DNA of 64,000 nt from Yuukianura sp. NJ FZ-2021 (taxonomy: Eukaryota): the NCBI GenBank assembly GCA_046563655.1, contig CM102286.1:13268001-13332000 (forward strand), written 5' to 3'. This document shows positions 35,856 to 51,200 of this stretch, piece after piece (position 1 is the first letter of the stretch; each line of letters starts with the position of its first letter). A model generated the notes under the pieces. The model did no database searches and was not told the origin of the DNA. It was given only the letters and a program-made list of their open reading frames with translations. A program made the position numbers and the translations under genes.

Positions 35856-37626
35856 ATGGGTAGTGAGCCCGATTTAACGATCAAGACTGGAACTAACTCA
35901 ACAATTTCTTCACAGAGTTTGTATTTTAGTTTGGAATCGGGTAATTCCGAGTACGTTACTGCACGAGAGTCATTGACAGGTAGCAAACCAGACGGCGCTA
36001 AGCTGGATGCCAAGTCTCGGGATACGCTAAACAGAAATTCCATCACAAGCTCCTCAAATACTATTGGAGGCAGCAGTTTTCCATCGGAAGAGGTCGAGGA
36101 ACTGGATAACGAGATGACACGGAGTCAAGGAAGTAGCAGCAATGGGGTTGTAGATGATGATGGATTTGAGTCCGACACAGAGTTCGAATTGAAACCAGAC
36201 GTGTCCAAGATATGTAATGATATATCGGAGGTCATTCCGCCGGATGCGAAGAAGACGGCAGAAATCAATTTAGCAATTGCGCTGAGCTCGAAGGCATCTC
36301 TAAAGGAACTTCGTAAACTTGCAATTTCGGAGGGCGGATTACTTTCAAGTAAGTTTGGAATGATTTACGAATCTTATTATGGGAATTTTAAACTTATATT
36401 TTTTATGTTTTTCATCAGACGCACTTCGTAAGGATTCGTGGCCAATTTTGCTTGGAGTTTCAAAGAAGGACATTTCTTCATTGGAAAAATCTAAACTACC
36501 GTCACCTAAAGGAAACGTTACACCAGAAATCAAACGACTGGTAACAAGTTTTTGAAATCTGATATGAAGTTTCGTATTTTGAATTCTTCCGCATATTTGT
36601 AGGTGAAAATGGACGTGGCTCGTGTGTTGAAACGATTTCCACCAGGACTGTCGGATCCCCAACAAGATCACTTGCAATTACACCTTTCAAAACTTATTAT
36701 TTCAATCCTAGATAAGAATCCAGATGCTTACTACTATCAAGGATTTCATGACATCTCGTTGACATTCCTACTGGCATGCAGTTCTCAGGGGCCACTGTAT
36801 TCATCATACCTCTGTCTGGACAAGATGATCAATTCATGTTTGGCTCCATTCATGGAGAAAACAATGGAATTTACTCATGAATTGATTCATGTTCTGTTTG
36901 CCATCCTTGAAAGCGAAGACAAAGATCTGTTCAACAAAATCGTAAAGGACTGCAAGTGTCCCGCAGCATTTTGCATACCCTGGGTGCTGACTTGGTTTTC
37001 CCATACACTGCCAAACGACCATGATGTTTTCCGTAAGAATCTAACAAAATTACTTAACATTCACTACCGTTATTAATTGCTATGTATTTCCAGGAGTATA
37101 TGATTTTGTGCTCGGCTGCACCGACATAGTGGATCCTCCTTACCTCATTCCAATTTTCGTCTCCGCTTCTTTGGTGCTCCGGAATGCAGAAAAACTGAAA
37201 GCAATTCGAGAAACAGACATCGCTACAATGCACCACGCCCTTGCCACGCTTCCGTCTCAGCAAGAATCGCTTGAACCTTGGCTTCAGCACAGTCTGCGAC
37301 TGATGAAATCGTACAAGGGCAGGGAAGGACAACTGATCGGCAGAGCAGTACACATCAAAGAACTCCAGAACGAACTATGGAATTCTGGACAACGTGGAGC
37401 CGCCGACAACGGGGGAATTGCTGGAGCCATTGGACGGTATGTTTTTGTCAAGCGACGGTGGTACACCATGGCAGTCGTCGTTTTTGGAGCGGCCTACCTT
37501 CTTCAAGTCAAATACGGCTCCACTTTCCAGCCCGTTCTGTATGCCATCATCGATAAGTACACTCCCGCTTATGTCAAGCGTTTTTACGAAGAGAACATGC
37601 CCGAATTCGAGTTTGCGCGGTTTTAG
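35856..37626 (+). CDS. TBC1D20: TBC1 domain family member 20 (Rab GAP), 4 exons, about 525 aa
   Basis: Exons 35856-36348, 36419-36540, 36603-37032 and 37094-37626 are in phase (1578 nt). Motifs LRKLAISEGGLL, LRKDSWPILLGV, DVARVLKRFPPG (Arg finger), YYYQGFHDI (Gln finger), PWVLTWFSH and a C-terminal transmembrane segment. Confidence 0.92.
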
Positions 37627-39273
37627 ACCAATCATTTTCTGACTTTCTAATCAATACCGAGTATTCACCTTTCATTTTCTTGAGATGTAAAATGATTTTG
37701 CCGTGTTATTTTGCTGTAAATTATCTTTGGTTACTGCGCTTTGAAAAACTTTCCATTCCTTCCAGAAACTTATTATTTCATGTAATTGATAATCTTTTGT
37801 ATTTTTTGGCCAACATGTCAATCAATTAGTGCTTAAACTGGCCATAGAATACACAAAATATTCAGAAAACTAAAGTTATGTTGATATTTCGTCGAACAAA
37901 GGATAACTTTAGCCTAGAAAAGTTTAAATGAATTGAAAAATTTGGATAGGAATGGAAATTGTAGCTAGAGGAAAATAAAATTTGAAAAGTTCGGATAAAT
38001 AAAAATATGTTATGCCGAATTGTGAAAAGGAAGAGAAGGCTTTTCCTGTTCCATATTTTAAAATGTTGATTTTAAAAAATGTTTCGTTTTTTAGAACAAC
38101 ATTTTGTATTTACATTGAAAATAATGATGGAGGCGGGATTTTGAAGTTTGTCAAGAGGCGGACGAGGGGAACTTTTTGGAAATCGATGAAAGTCAAGAAG
38201 TTTTCCTCGGGGAAAACTTTCTAGCTGGAAATTTTTGGAGTGGAAAGCAACTTTCTCCTTAAACATCTCAGGAGAAACCAAAAACAACACTCCAACTAAA
38301 AACCAAAAAACAACAACTTTTTTGTCCAAATTCAATTTCAAAATCTTTGAATGTAAGAAAAAAAAAGTTTTTATTGTTTGTGTACTTTTGCAATAATAGA
38401 ATTTCGGCAGCTTCAAGAAGATTTAGCTGGATCGACTTTTTTTTTTTTTTTTCGAAATTCTCAAAATATTTGCCAACTTTCTCTAGCATTTTTGTGTTTT
38501 TGTTTTTTCATAAATTCGTGCTCATATTTTTCACTTCGTCTTTATTTTTTTTCCAAAAAGACAACAGAGTTGATCCTTAGAACAACAAAGGGGTCAGAGT
38601 GTGAAACACAACATCAAAAGGTAAAGTTTGCATTTTTTCCATTGTTCTTCAGAGGCCTTAATTTTTTCCATTTTTTTAGTGTTTAGCATTATTAACATCA
38701 TTTAGTAGCTAAAATGACACACATTTATGAAGTTATAATTGTTTTAGTACATTCAAACCGATTTTCAGTTTCATCTAAAGATATAAGGGGAATTTTCACT
38801 TTTACTAAACTCTACTCCTAACTTTTTATGGGAATTAACACAGAATGCACATGTTGACGTACACGGTTTTTAAGAATACAATGTTGGTTTTGAGTGTTAA
38901 AGCGTACTTGACCACACCCCTCTTATGTAACAAAAATTCCAAAAATTCTAACATTTTTAGTCAATTTCTAAAAGAATCTTTAGGTTTTCTGGTGATATTT
39001 TCCAAAAAAAAAAAAATTGAACAAAATTTACCGAATCTTGTGTTCATAGAAAGTTCGGGTGGTATTCTGGTATTTTAGTTTTGCCTGGTGAAAGTGCTTG
39101 ATGTTTTTCAGTAAATTTGAAGTTCGGGGTTCCCCTTTGACCTTTGATGTTTTTAAGGCAAGGCGAACTTGACCTTTGACCTTTTGCTTGATTTTGGTGA
39201 CGAGTTGATCATGTTGCTCCATTTGTAGTAGAATAGTGCTAAATAATAAATTATGTTTTGTGGATTTGTTAGG

Positions 39274-42200
39274 TTAAGAAGGACTGGACGTGTCTTGATT
39301 CAGGCTATCATCGCTCTCCAGATAAGTATAGGAGTCCGTGGAGTCATGGTGACTGAGATCCGTTGGTGTCTGGGTCATCACCATGTCAACCCCGTTATGC
39401 ATGATGTCGTACCCGTGCATCTGAAAGAATGAGACAAAATTTGAAATTTTACAAGTCATAGTTTTCTCCGAATTTGAAACTTTAGAAATCATAGTTTTCC
39501 CTGAATTTGAAATTAATCACATTTTTCTCCCAATTTGAAATTCTAGACAACATGATTCATAGGAAATGCAAATTTTAAACATCAACAACTTTCGGCCTCA
39601 AAATGCAAAATTTATGAGAGTAAGTTTAGACAAAAAGTGAAATTTTCGAAAAAGTGCAGATGACGACGCTGCATCGTATCAGTCGCCTGCCTTCTAAAAT
39701 TCTGTGAAATCTTAAAATTTTGAAAACTCGTGAATCTGATTTCAGCAATTTCTGAATTTTCCAAACGCAGCGCCGCTCGCATCTCCAGCGCTCCCTGGCA
39801 CCAAGATGCTTTTCAGTGCAAGATGTTATTTGAACAAAAGCCAAAACATTGTTTGCTTTTCAATGGGTGTCCGCCCTCGCCTATTTTTTTCCTTCCTACC
39901 GAATAACGTAGTCGATAGAGTCAAAAAATAAATAAGGAAACGAAGATATAACGTTACTTCCCAAAAGCCCGCTTTTTTCAAACAAACGAGAACAGACAGG
40001 AGGAGTCCATCAAATCACCGAAAAAAAGTCAGACAACTCGAACTTTCAAAATCTAGCTTTGCCAACGATTTTCCCGGGCAAAACTGCATCTAGCTCATCT
40101 TCTTCAAAAAAAAATTTAGGCCACACACTAGGATGACATGACATTGACATGTCACCATGATGCCGTCGCTCAGCTTCCAAAATTTCGAAATTTGATGCCT
40201 TATTAGCAAAGTCATTCTAGACCAAGCTGTATTTACTCAAACGTATTTCCCAATCTTTCAAAAGTTTTCAAAATCACGCGAATTTTGAAAAATGGCAATC
40301 CTGCATGTTAAAATCGGCAGAAGATGAACATGCGCGGAATTTTTGAACAGTTCTTTATTTGGATTCGACTGACAAGACAAGGCCCGTCCCTCCAGGCAGT
40401 CTTAGCCTTAAAAGATTCGCCATTGTCCCGAAATAACAAAAGTGAAGATTCATACCAAGTTGGAAAGGAACAACCAATGGGAACGCGGGGAAAAAAATTC
40501 GAAAATTCAAACTCGGTAGAGAACTCCCGCCATCGTCACAGCTTGCATTCCCATGGAAGGCAGCCAAGAAAAAATCTTACACAAAAGCTGCGTTTCCTCA
40601 ATGAAAAGATTTCAAAATGGAATCTTTTTTTTCTCCCCACTGAATTTTTATTTTGATTTTATTCAATTGAATTTAAGAAACCCGGGAGAGATAGGAAATG
40701 GAAGTTTTTTTTTCCAAAAATAAAATGAAATGAAATTTTTTGTTCCGCTGCTTGAAGCAGGGGCAGGAGTAGCAGGAGGAAGATGAAGAAAAAGATGGAG
40801 ACGAAATAAAAGATTGGAGGGAAGGTTTGAAAGGAGCAGGAAAAAGAAGTAAGTAGGGAAGTTGCATGAATAATTCATGGTCTGACATGCAGAGGCAGGC
40901 ACACAGAAGCGATCTTTTTATGAGTTCTTTTTATAATAGCTGTTTCCAGCCAGTCGCTGCTGAGTCGCTTGCTTACTTACGAACTTCGAGGCTCAGCCAC
41001 CATCACGACTTTCATAATAGTCTGAGAGACACGCCTCAAAATTCCTACTCATCCTTTACAAATCCTTATAAAAAGTTTACACTAGGATTCATAAAGGAAT
41101 TTATAGTACCGACACAGGACTAAAGTTAAGCAGGGCTCTCCAAGCCTTAAAACCAACCGTACTACACCTGCTTTCCCAAAATATTTTTCTAAAAAAACTC
41201 AAATTTTCAAAATTTTGTTGGAACGAAACTTTTCAAAACCTTGCCTGTGGTGTGTTAACGGTGCACTATGAGTTTTACTGGCGCAAAATTTTCTGTCAAA
41301 ATCTTTTGTAGTATCTAAAAAAAATTGACAGAAAATTCTTCATAAAAAATATTTGAAATATTAATTTTGCTTTTCAGTTCAAAACTTTTCAGTTCAGTTC
41401 AGTTCAGGCAGCAATTTGCAGCAAATCAAAAAAGGAAATGGAAAAAATAGTTTGAAAATATTCTGTAAGTTTTCGAATTTAAAAATTTACTTGGAAGTTG
41501 GCTCAAGAATTGTTAAAAATGATCGTGAAGGCGTCGGAGAAATTGAAACTGCCTTAGAACGTGCTTGGGAAGATCAAGTTCATTGAAAATCATGTTTTTT
41601 TTTTGAAAATCGATCAAGTTGATTGACGTTAACTAATCTGGGGAGATTAGGAGGTAAAATTCAAAATATTGAGCGGATAATAACGTAAAGGTGTTTTTCT
41701 ACCTCCCTTGATCAGTTTGAGTTTGAGTGACTTGGATATGAAGGGCTGGGTGGACTTGGGAAGTGGATTAATGCTGGCAGTAGTCTTATAATTTATTCTT
41801 GACACTGGGGTGTTGTCCATCAACATTCGAAGTTGAGAAGAAGACAATGACGACAGTGGGAATGATGCCTGTCACCTGTCAAGGTGTCTTCCAATTTCAA
41901 TTTCATGTTGGTGGTCTGTACTACTGCACTTGCCCACTGATCAATCATTTTCAACCGGCCTAAATTTATTATCAATTTTACTTCCAAATTCAACAAAAAC
42001 TGGATCAGTTTTCAAAAGTGAAACGGTAACAAGCATTAGCTGGAACGAAGTATGTCGTGTTGTAAAGAAGTTTCAAAAAAAAATTGACATTTTTTAATTT
42101 AAAAGTGAAACTGGGATGAAACGTACTACGCTGAAAAACGACTCTTAAAGAAAACTAAGAAATTCAGTAAGTGGAAATCTCCAAATGAATTTTGTGAAAT

Positions 42201-45200
42201 TTTATTCAGCTTGGAAACATTTCAAAATTTCGAATTCCATCATTTGCAAACATAAAACATACAAAATAACGTACGTGTATTGAAACTAAAAATTACCAAT
42301 TCTTATTGTTTTTCAAACTTTGTTTTTATTTTGTACCTGTCTGAGTTCCAGCTTATTTTAGATGGGTACTTAACGGCTTCTTAACTTTTTGCACCTCTTA
42401 AGTGGAGATTCTTGTTTCAACTTCAGATATTTTAGTTCCATGTTGAACATGATCATTTAATTAAGTAATTATAGGCTGACCTCTGTAACCCAAATTTATG
42501 ACCCTGTGAATTCGCACTTTTAGAATTACCAAGAGCCCTTAAGTCCCTCCAAACTGACTGTTTGTTGCACACCGTGTGGGATAAGGGATCCATTAACGCC
42601 TAATAAATTAACACAAATAAAAATTCGGCTAAAGAACAAAGACTTGATCCGCGGTGGGGCCAGAGTGAACGTGACCATGGTTTCAATTTCCCTCTTAACT
42701 ACTTACTATGTGTAGTAGTGTACTTTGTTCAATCGGAAATTAAGGGCCCCTCGGAAGATAAAAGGGATCAGACACAGTGCAATCCAAGCCTTTTACTTAA
42801 GTCCCCCCCTTCAATAAGCTCCAATTTGTGTTTAAAAAACATGGGAAGGAATAATAGAACCCTTGGATTGAATTGTTCGTTTAAACAAAAATTTAAAATA
42901 AATCTGATCTAAGATGTCCTAAAAAAAACTTCTTTTTTTTAATTTTGTACGACATTTTGAAATAGAAACGCAAGGTAAATAGAATAATAGATACGCGGAA
43001 TTTGTGCATTTCTATTTTTTCATAACGTGAGTGACATGCAAAATTTACTTTTTTAAAAGAACAAAATTGTAAACCCTATTTGTAGTTCCCAATTTCAGCA
43101 ATGTCTCGTTTTGGGATTTTTCTTTTGTAAAACTTGTTGGTTGTGAGAAATGCAGTTGCCCAATGGGAAATTCCCATTTGTTTTCGTTGTGTGCGTTCTT
43201 CATTCTTACACTTTGAATTTTTTGAAAAGTTGTTTTGCAAATCTGAGAGTGTAAATTACATATTTATGGTTCCCACTTTGCAACCTGGTTTCTCACAAAT
43301 AAACTCTCTAACGAGACAAGTTCTACAAAACAACCTCGAGAACAACAAATTGATTCAGATCACAAACAAAACTTTTCTAGGCGGGCTGCTGTGCGCTTCC
43401 TCTGAAAGTAAAAAAAAAAGTAGATTTTTAAAGAAAACTTTTTTCTTAAAGTTTTGTACAAACTTTGACCAGAAGATGTTTAAATGTGACAATCACGAGA
43501 AAAAGTTGTAGAGCCAAACTTTTCTAAATGCTTAAGTTTTTCTTTGCTTTTTTACATTGTCGAATTCCCATTTCCTACATAAATTGCCTAAAACAATTGA
43601 ACAAGAAACAAAAATAAAACACAAAATGAGCCAAACGCAGTGACTGATTTATAGTTTACTTGTTTTTCCAGATTTGTTACTAAAACGTAACATAACTTAA
43701 GGCTACTTTAGAAAAACGTCAACGTAAAACTAAGGAACGCAAAGATTCAAATTCAAACAGAAGAAACTCAAAAATTCCCGCATTTTTTCAATTGGTCCTC
43801 AATATTTCAACGTCGTACGAAAAATTCCATTTTGTTCAATTTCATTTTTCCACAATCCAAAAACCAGTTAGGAGAATTGAACTGCCAACCTGAAAAGTAT
43901 TCAACATTTTAAAGAAAGCTTCCTCATTTTTAAAACTTTAACAGAAAAAAACTCATCAAAACATTAACGGCTTAGTTTTTTAAATAAATTGAGGACCCAA
44001 AAATTTTTGAACGAAGATGAGGTTGCGAAAAAACTGAAAAGGATGGAGAAAAATTTATGTTCGACTTGTTTAAAGTTATTTAACGGCGTTTTTTGACAGA
44101 ATTTGGTCGAGGTTTGGAGAGGTTTTTTCTTGTGCCAATTTTGAAACAGGTTTTTGTAAAATTAAAAAAAGTTTTTGTAAATTATTCTTGAGGATAAGTC
44201 AAGTGTTAAGGGACCCCTTTGGGTGTCACCCCATGAGCCCTTAAGAGGTGGTCATGAGAGGGTAATTACATGGAAGGACTTGACACTTGGACAGAACATA
44301 ATTCTCTATCACAACTTAAGATCTTGGCTCCAGGAAACACTTCTTTCTCTCTTCTAAATGATTCCGTTGTTTTAAATTTAGAATTTCCGGAGGTTTAAGG
44401 TGGGTGGACACCACAAAAAAGTAAATGATGACAATGGGCCGGGATAGAATGATAGTAAAGATACAAGAACCTGATTGTAACTTCAAATGAAGGCGACTGA
44501 GGGAAGGGCCCTTAAGGATCTTCATGAAAGCAGTAAGTAGCAGACGTTTAGCAGGGGGAAGGGGAGGGGGGACTTGAAAAGGAAGACGTGACAACCTGAC
44601 TGCGTCAAGTCGTCGCGCCACGACGTCCACAACTTTGGACAGCCTCCATAACTCAGGTTGTAGCCTCCACCTTGGATCGAAGTCCACCGCAACCGCCGCA
44701 GTCACACACCATCTTCAACCAGTTTGTAGTTCCATTGTTTTGTCTGTGAATAGACTTTAAGGGCTCTTTATTTATTCACTCCCGCCCTTAACTTCTTCAC
44801 CTCAATATCATCCAAAATTTAAAAGTTACAGGATGAGCCCTTCATGTATACCTATACTATCTATTCCTATCTTCCTCTTGTGGGTACTTAATTAAGAGGC
44901 ATGTCACTTATCACGGAATCATTGTCTTCCGATTTGAATCATTAAAAACCGGCTTGTTTTCAAAACTTATCTCAAATTAATTCTGCCGCCATTTTGGGGT
45001 TTTCTAACAACCTGGTTAGGGGAGCCATGAAATCCAGGTCAAAACTTTGGTTGACGTAAGGCTCGGCTGCTCAACTTGTAACCATTTTAATTTTGCTAAT
45101 CATCCCAGTTCCTTTTTACACAAATATCACCTTGGTTGCTTACAACGTGACTGCCTTACTTCAACCAAAAACCACTTTTGAAAAAAACGATCCAACAAAA

Positions 45201-48200
45201 AGCAATTGTGCGCATGTTTTTATCGAATTTGTGCTACGCCGGCAGATGATATTGGGATTCAAGGTGCAGTTTTTTTTTATCGTTGTTTAAAATGTTAACT
45301 TTTTTTTGAATTTTGACGCGTCAGGAGACGGATGAAGCGCTAATCTCAGTTGAAGCAGAAGAACAAGCCAGGCAGACTTGTGATAAGACGCCAGGAAGCG
45401 GAACCTGATCTTGCATTGTTAGTCCTCAACCTGTTAATGAGCTAATCCGAACGTGTTTGTGTTTGGTAATGCACGGAATGTATGAAAATGTAATTGAAGT
45501 TTCGTACCTGATTGACGAGGTGCTGGAAAGGAGGGGCCGTGGGATCGAGTCTGTCCAGGTCCGTGTGGAGGGCAAAGTCTGAGAGAGCTTTCCATGGGGG
45601 TTGGTAGGACTGGACCTCCAGTGGATTCATACCGAGTGGACTTTCGTGTCGAACTGGGCTGGACGCTATCATTGGTATCCCCTGCATCGTCCCGTAGCCC
45701 ATCTTCCGACCCTCCTGCAAATACATCCACTGTTTCAATCAGTTTACAACTGCCAACTAACATCAGCGCATATCCAGAATCCAATATTTGGTGACTAACC
45801 TAATCTAGATTAGCCTAATTCAACCTTAACCTAACTTAATTAAGCCTAATCCAACATTAACTTAGATATAACACAACTTTGCCTGAGGAGAAAGTCGGAG
45901 AAAGTTAGCATAGTCGGCTTTTTCCGCAAAATTTGAAAGTTACTCAAAAATTGACAAGACTATTTCGGGCTTGACGGATTCACGGCGTATTTCGCGGCGC
46001 GAAAAAGTGAAAGCACGCGGATTTACGCTTACAACAGTCATCTGTGGACCTGAAAAAGTTGGAGTTGCGCAGTTAATGCGTTTATGAGCTACCAAGGGAC
46101 TCATGACTGCTTCTGGCCTTAACTGGCAATGATTCATTGCCCACATTATGGGGATCCCAGGATCTCTTTGTTTCGACAGGAGGATGAGCCAATGTTTTTC
46201 TGTTTGGTTATTGGAAAATAATTTTTGGTTTTTATGACATCGTGCTTTCCCTTAATGTTAGTTTTTGCTTCTGACTCTCTCCTGACAAAGTGAAATTGGT
46301 CGTAATGGTGATAGATCAGAGGTCAACGGAGGGAGATGCTGTCTAATAATGATAATTATTTTGGAATGAACAGATGCGTTAGAGAGGGGGCAGGTCGATA
46401 CAAAAACCATGAAGCCAAACTGAGCTTCTGATATAATTCAAAGCTAAATTTCAAAAAAACTTTTGTTCTACGCGAAGCGTTTTCATTTTTAAAAACATTC
46501 ATGACCGGGTCAAATTATTTGAGTCAAATCCATTGTTTCAGTACCACCTACGTAGTTACTCCCTCCAAAAAAAGTTAGTGATTAAGTTTTCATCGTAAGA
46601 TGTTGACATGTTAGGTTTGTATTCGTCGTGTGTCGTCGTTCATCCCCCCACCTCAGCCCAACTTGAGGTTACCCAGAGACTGAATATTTTATAAGCAATG
46701 ATCATGCCGAGAGACTCTGAAAAAGAGACGCTGGATTCAAAATTTAAACTTCCCCGCCCTTGTCTTTTTTCAAAAACTGGAAAAACAAACTCAACTGCAG
46801 GCAAGAGCGGAAAAGACTCTCAAGTTTCTAAACAAGGCATGACCTTATTTAGGTTGAAAGTCATTAATTAAATTACTTTTGTTCAAAAAACATTGTTTTA
46901 AAAAAGAACAAAAGAGAAAAGTAGGGAAAAGCCGCTTTCCGAGGACTTACGCACCTCTATTGTTTTCTTTTAAGCATTTTCTTTTATGTTTCTGCAAGGA
47001 TCAACTTCCAATCCAGTTGATTAAAGCCAGAGGGCCCTTAGGAGGAGGGGGTACTTGGAGTTCATAGGATCCAAGTCCCCCCTCCTCTGCTTTTTGTACT
47101 GCAACTTACGTTTTATTCTACAGGTGTGTCCATTAGCTAATGAGTTTTCTAAACATGAAATCAATAAAACCGTTTCGACGTATAGTGCGCATTAAAAAGT
47201 GTATAACGCGCATCCTCTTTTTGATCAATGATCATTAGTTACAATTTATAACTTTTTTATTATTAGTACTGTTGACAGCCCTTGCATGCTCACTGTTCAC
47301 CTTAGCTTAGGTTATGTAATGCTGTTTTTCAAAATTAGGTTATGTAAGGATAGTTTTTTGATTAGGTTATGTAAGGCCAGTTGTTTTTAGATTGGGTTAT
47401 GTACTGTAAGGTTACACTTTTTTGAATTTTGTTAGGTTATGTTTTTTTTAGATTATGTTTGTTAAATCAACCAGAACAGATGCCAGACAATGAAGTTTGT
47501 CCCTCTGCATTGTAAAAACTGTAACAAGGAAATAAGTGAAAGTGGATTTTAAGCTTGAAACTTGAATTGAATCCAGTTCTTAATCCCATCATAACCATTT
47601 GGCCCCCTGTTCGTCATTTCCCGCCGAAAACTTTCTCTCGGCCCAAACTTAATTCTGGAATAATGTTTGTCTTTAATCTGTTTCAGACTTGGTACTGATC
47701 CGAGATGACATTGCCCCGCCCCCTTAAATTTACTTTCCCAGAAACCAACGCAAGCATAGGGAAAGTTGCATTCCAAATCCCATGAAAATGAAAGTGAGCA
47801 GACAAATTAACACTGAGTTTATGGGGGAAAGTCGAAGTTTAGATTAGGTTGATAATTTAACGTTAGGCTAGAGTTGGGGGTGAGATTAGGTTAAAGACGT
47901 ACCTTCTCTTGTTGTTGCAACTGTTTCATGAGGATGGCTTTCTTTTTGTCTTTACAGCGTTTGTTTTGAAACCAAACGCGGATGACCCTGGGTGAAAGTC
48001 CAGTCATTTCTACCAATTGTTCCTTCATAAGAGCATCAGGCCTTGCATTTTGATTGTAGCAGTTACGCAGAGTGTGAAGCTGTTTTTCGTTCAGCACGGT
48101 ACGAACGCGAGTCGGTTTCCCTTCACCGGATTTCCCATGACCACGACCTTCCCGGATTTTACTAGGAGTCACTCCAGATTCAGAGGAATCTACAATTAAA

Positions 48201-51200
48201 AAAGAGAAAATGTTAGTTAGAGTTTTACATAATTTGAAATTCTCCCGGGTAGAAAATAATTAAGGTAAGCAAGGTAAGGGGACTCGGAGAGTGACAGTTT
48301 CGTGTCAAAGTGAAAGTGAAAACAGGAACGTGTTTCTTTCTTCCTGGAATTTCCCTAATGGCACCCAAATTAAAGTTTCAACACAAAAGTTTTTGTAAAA
48401 CACGTTTCAACTTTCACGTTTTTACGTTTTCTTGCTACAAATGACGTAAGACTTGTTTTAAAAAATTACGTAAAACGTACAACACATTTTCAACCTTTCA
48501 ATTTGCCTATTTTTTAATGGGTTCAATTAATATTGTTTACTAACCTTAATTAGTTTTGTGTAACAAGTTTAATTAACAAGTTCTGCTTAACTTTGCTAAG
48601 CTTTGCATTTAATTGGCCAGATTTTGAAAAAAATTGAACCAGATTTTCATTGTGTCCCGTGACCTCTGTGAATCTGGGCATCTAAACAAAGGGCTTTTGG
48701 CATTTGGCGTTGGTTGAATAGAGTTTGAGTGAAGCCCTTGACATGTGATTTTTGTGACCCCTTGAAGTGTGTTCCTCAGCGTGACGGAGGACATGACCCC
48801 TTGAGATGTTCAAATACAAAACAAAGTCCCCTATCATTTAAGTTCCCATCTGCCTCTGACTCCCTGGACATGATATCTTCATTTCCAGCCTCCCTTGTCC
48901 AAGTCACAACTGCCACTGGAGGCCCTTTGTGTCTTCAAGTCTCCAAGGGACCCCTACCCTTCATCCTGTCCCTTAATACACTTCGCTCTTTATTCAACAT
49001 TTAAAAACGTATCAATCACAAATTCAAACTTCCCGCCACAAATCTAAACACAAATTCGGTTTTTTTAAAACTTCCTGATTATAAGTGCTTTTTGGAGAAT
49101 CAGAGCTCAAAATACCAAAAAATATACAAAGGTCAATGACCTCGGAAGGTTTCGTGTCCGATGACCTCAGCAGCTAACGCTGAACATTTTTGGAATTTTG
49201 AAATCTTATGAACGATTAATGTTATTTTCAGCAGAAAAATTTCTGAATGTATCGCACATCCTGGGGTGCAGTGATACTTTTGTGGGTAATAAAAATTATG
49301 ATTTCCCGCCTTATTCCGAAACATGCTGTGTTTGAATTTATGGAGAAAGCGGGAAAGAGAAAGTCACCCTCTTATGGACCAAAATCAATTTTCACTTTCC
49401 TGGAGGAGGAAGACAGTGATTTATAGGCGGGTATTATGATAAAAGATCCTTTTCCAAAATAAAACGTAAGTCTAACCTAACATTGGCGTGAATGTTGTGA
49501 ACATTCGAACATTGTGAACGTTGTGAACAATCCTCCCCTCCTCCCTCTCGTGCCTCTGACGAAGTCCTGTCAATGCTAATTATCCCCTCCAAGACGCTAT
49601 TGGTTTTGGCCTATAGTTTTTTTGAATTCGGGGGACTCTTTCCCGCCACTTCAACTTTCTCCCCAACTTTCTCCCTTTTGTTCTTCTGTTTTCCGTTAAG
49701 TGGACTTGCTGGAAGCGGATACAATAAATCTTGATACACTTTTGGAAACGTTTGGAAATGGTCAAATTGTTCAAGTTTGGAAACAAATTCGCGCCAGTTT
49801 GAATTTGGTCTCAAGTAGCCCCAGTTGAATTGAAAGAAGTCTCGAATTTCCATTGAGAGTGGAAAAAAGGAGCGGAAGAATTAGAATTCAAAAAAGAAGA
49901 TGTTGACATAAAGTATGGCCAAAAAGGAGGGTTCCGTTCCCTCCCTTTGACGTGAAGAGCAAACTAAAAGTTTGGGTGGGCCGAGATGAGTTCAAGTGCG
50001 GACTCAAAATATAAAAAAAAATTGTGGTTTTTTGACCGTACGGGTTTTTAACGGAGTCAACGACACATCCGCTTTGCCGACAATCGACTTTTTTCGACAA
50101 AATTTTTTGACAAATCATTCTTGTCAACAAGATCTTTCTTGGACGTTCTCAACAAGGAAGGAGGATGTAGAGGATAATTTTTCAGTTTTGAAAATCAAAA
50201 AAATTGTTCAGTTCAAAGTCAAACAAAATGTTTAGTTTCACTTGACTTAAACAGGGGAACAAAAAAGTTAAGATGATTTTAAAAGTTGAAGAGGTTAGTT
50301 GGGGGTCAGCCTATGCTGGTATGAAAGAAAAAAATTGAAGTGGAATGGCGGCCTTCGAGGCCCTTTGATCTCCTGTTGTGTACACTTAACAATCTTGCTC
50401 CTCTTTTTCAAAAAATGTTGGTGACTGTGCTAACCTTACTTTTCAAACAACTTCAAAATGTACCGCCCAATTTTCAAAGTTTAAAGTTTTTGAATTGATT
50501 AAAACAAAAGACATTTTGAACAAGTGTGGCCTTAACAAGTTGGTTGGTTTTGAGTAAAGCTTTTGAAAATTTTAAATCTGGCGCGTCCAAATCCTTGATT
50601 CCATTGGTTGTATTGTTTTCTTTAAATTATACTCCAGACTTCATTTCCATTTTGTGAAGGTCACACTTTAATACTTCAAGCACTTCAAAAACCTCGTGAG
50701 CATCGCTTAATTTCTGCAGAAGGAAAGTGTAAAACTTACTTCCAAAAAAATTTCGGAGAAAAAACAACGGAATAAACGAATCAAAAAATTGGAAAAAGTT
50801 GCTTCAAATGTGTCTAGCTTAAATTTTAGTTCTTTGGAAAGGAATGTTTAAAAATTAAATTAAGTTTACTTGTTTGAAACTTAAAGCAAACAAAACATGC
50901 ACGGGAAATTGAAAAGCAGTAATGAATTATTAACATTTTTTGACAAAGGTATTCCAGTAGCTGCCTTTACCGGGTGATTTGAAAATATTTCTGAAAAAAG
51001 CTGTTCTAAAAACTCTTAAAACGGTGCTTTTATTGGATTTTAATATTAAGAACACATTAGTCAAATGTGAGATTAAAATCGCATTATTCCAGGAGAAAGG
51101 CTTCCATTTGAACAGTGTAGACCACTTTTAATAAAATGTACTGCAAAAGAAAAGAGGCGGGAAAGTTTGTTGGACTGCAAAAGCTTTTTGAGAGTTTGAG

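Noticed and set aside
38012..38686. Overlapping Phe/Lys-rich ORFs between TBC1D20 and islet
   Set aside because: Artefacts of poly-A/T tracts in probable 3'UTR or intergenic DNA.
44316..44705. 129-aa ORF in islet intron 5
   Set aside because: GTG start, no recognisable domain and no clear splice context. It overlaps a GC-rich motif cluster better explained as regulatory DNA.
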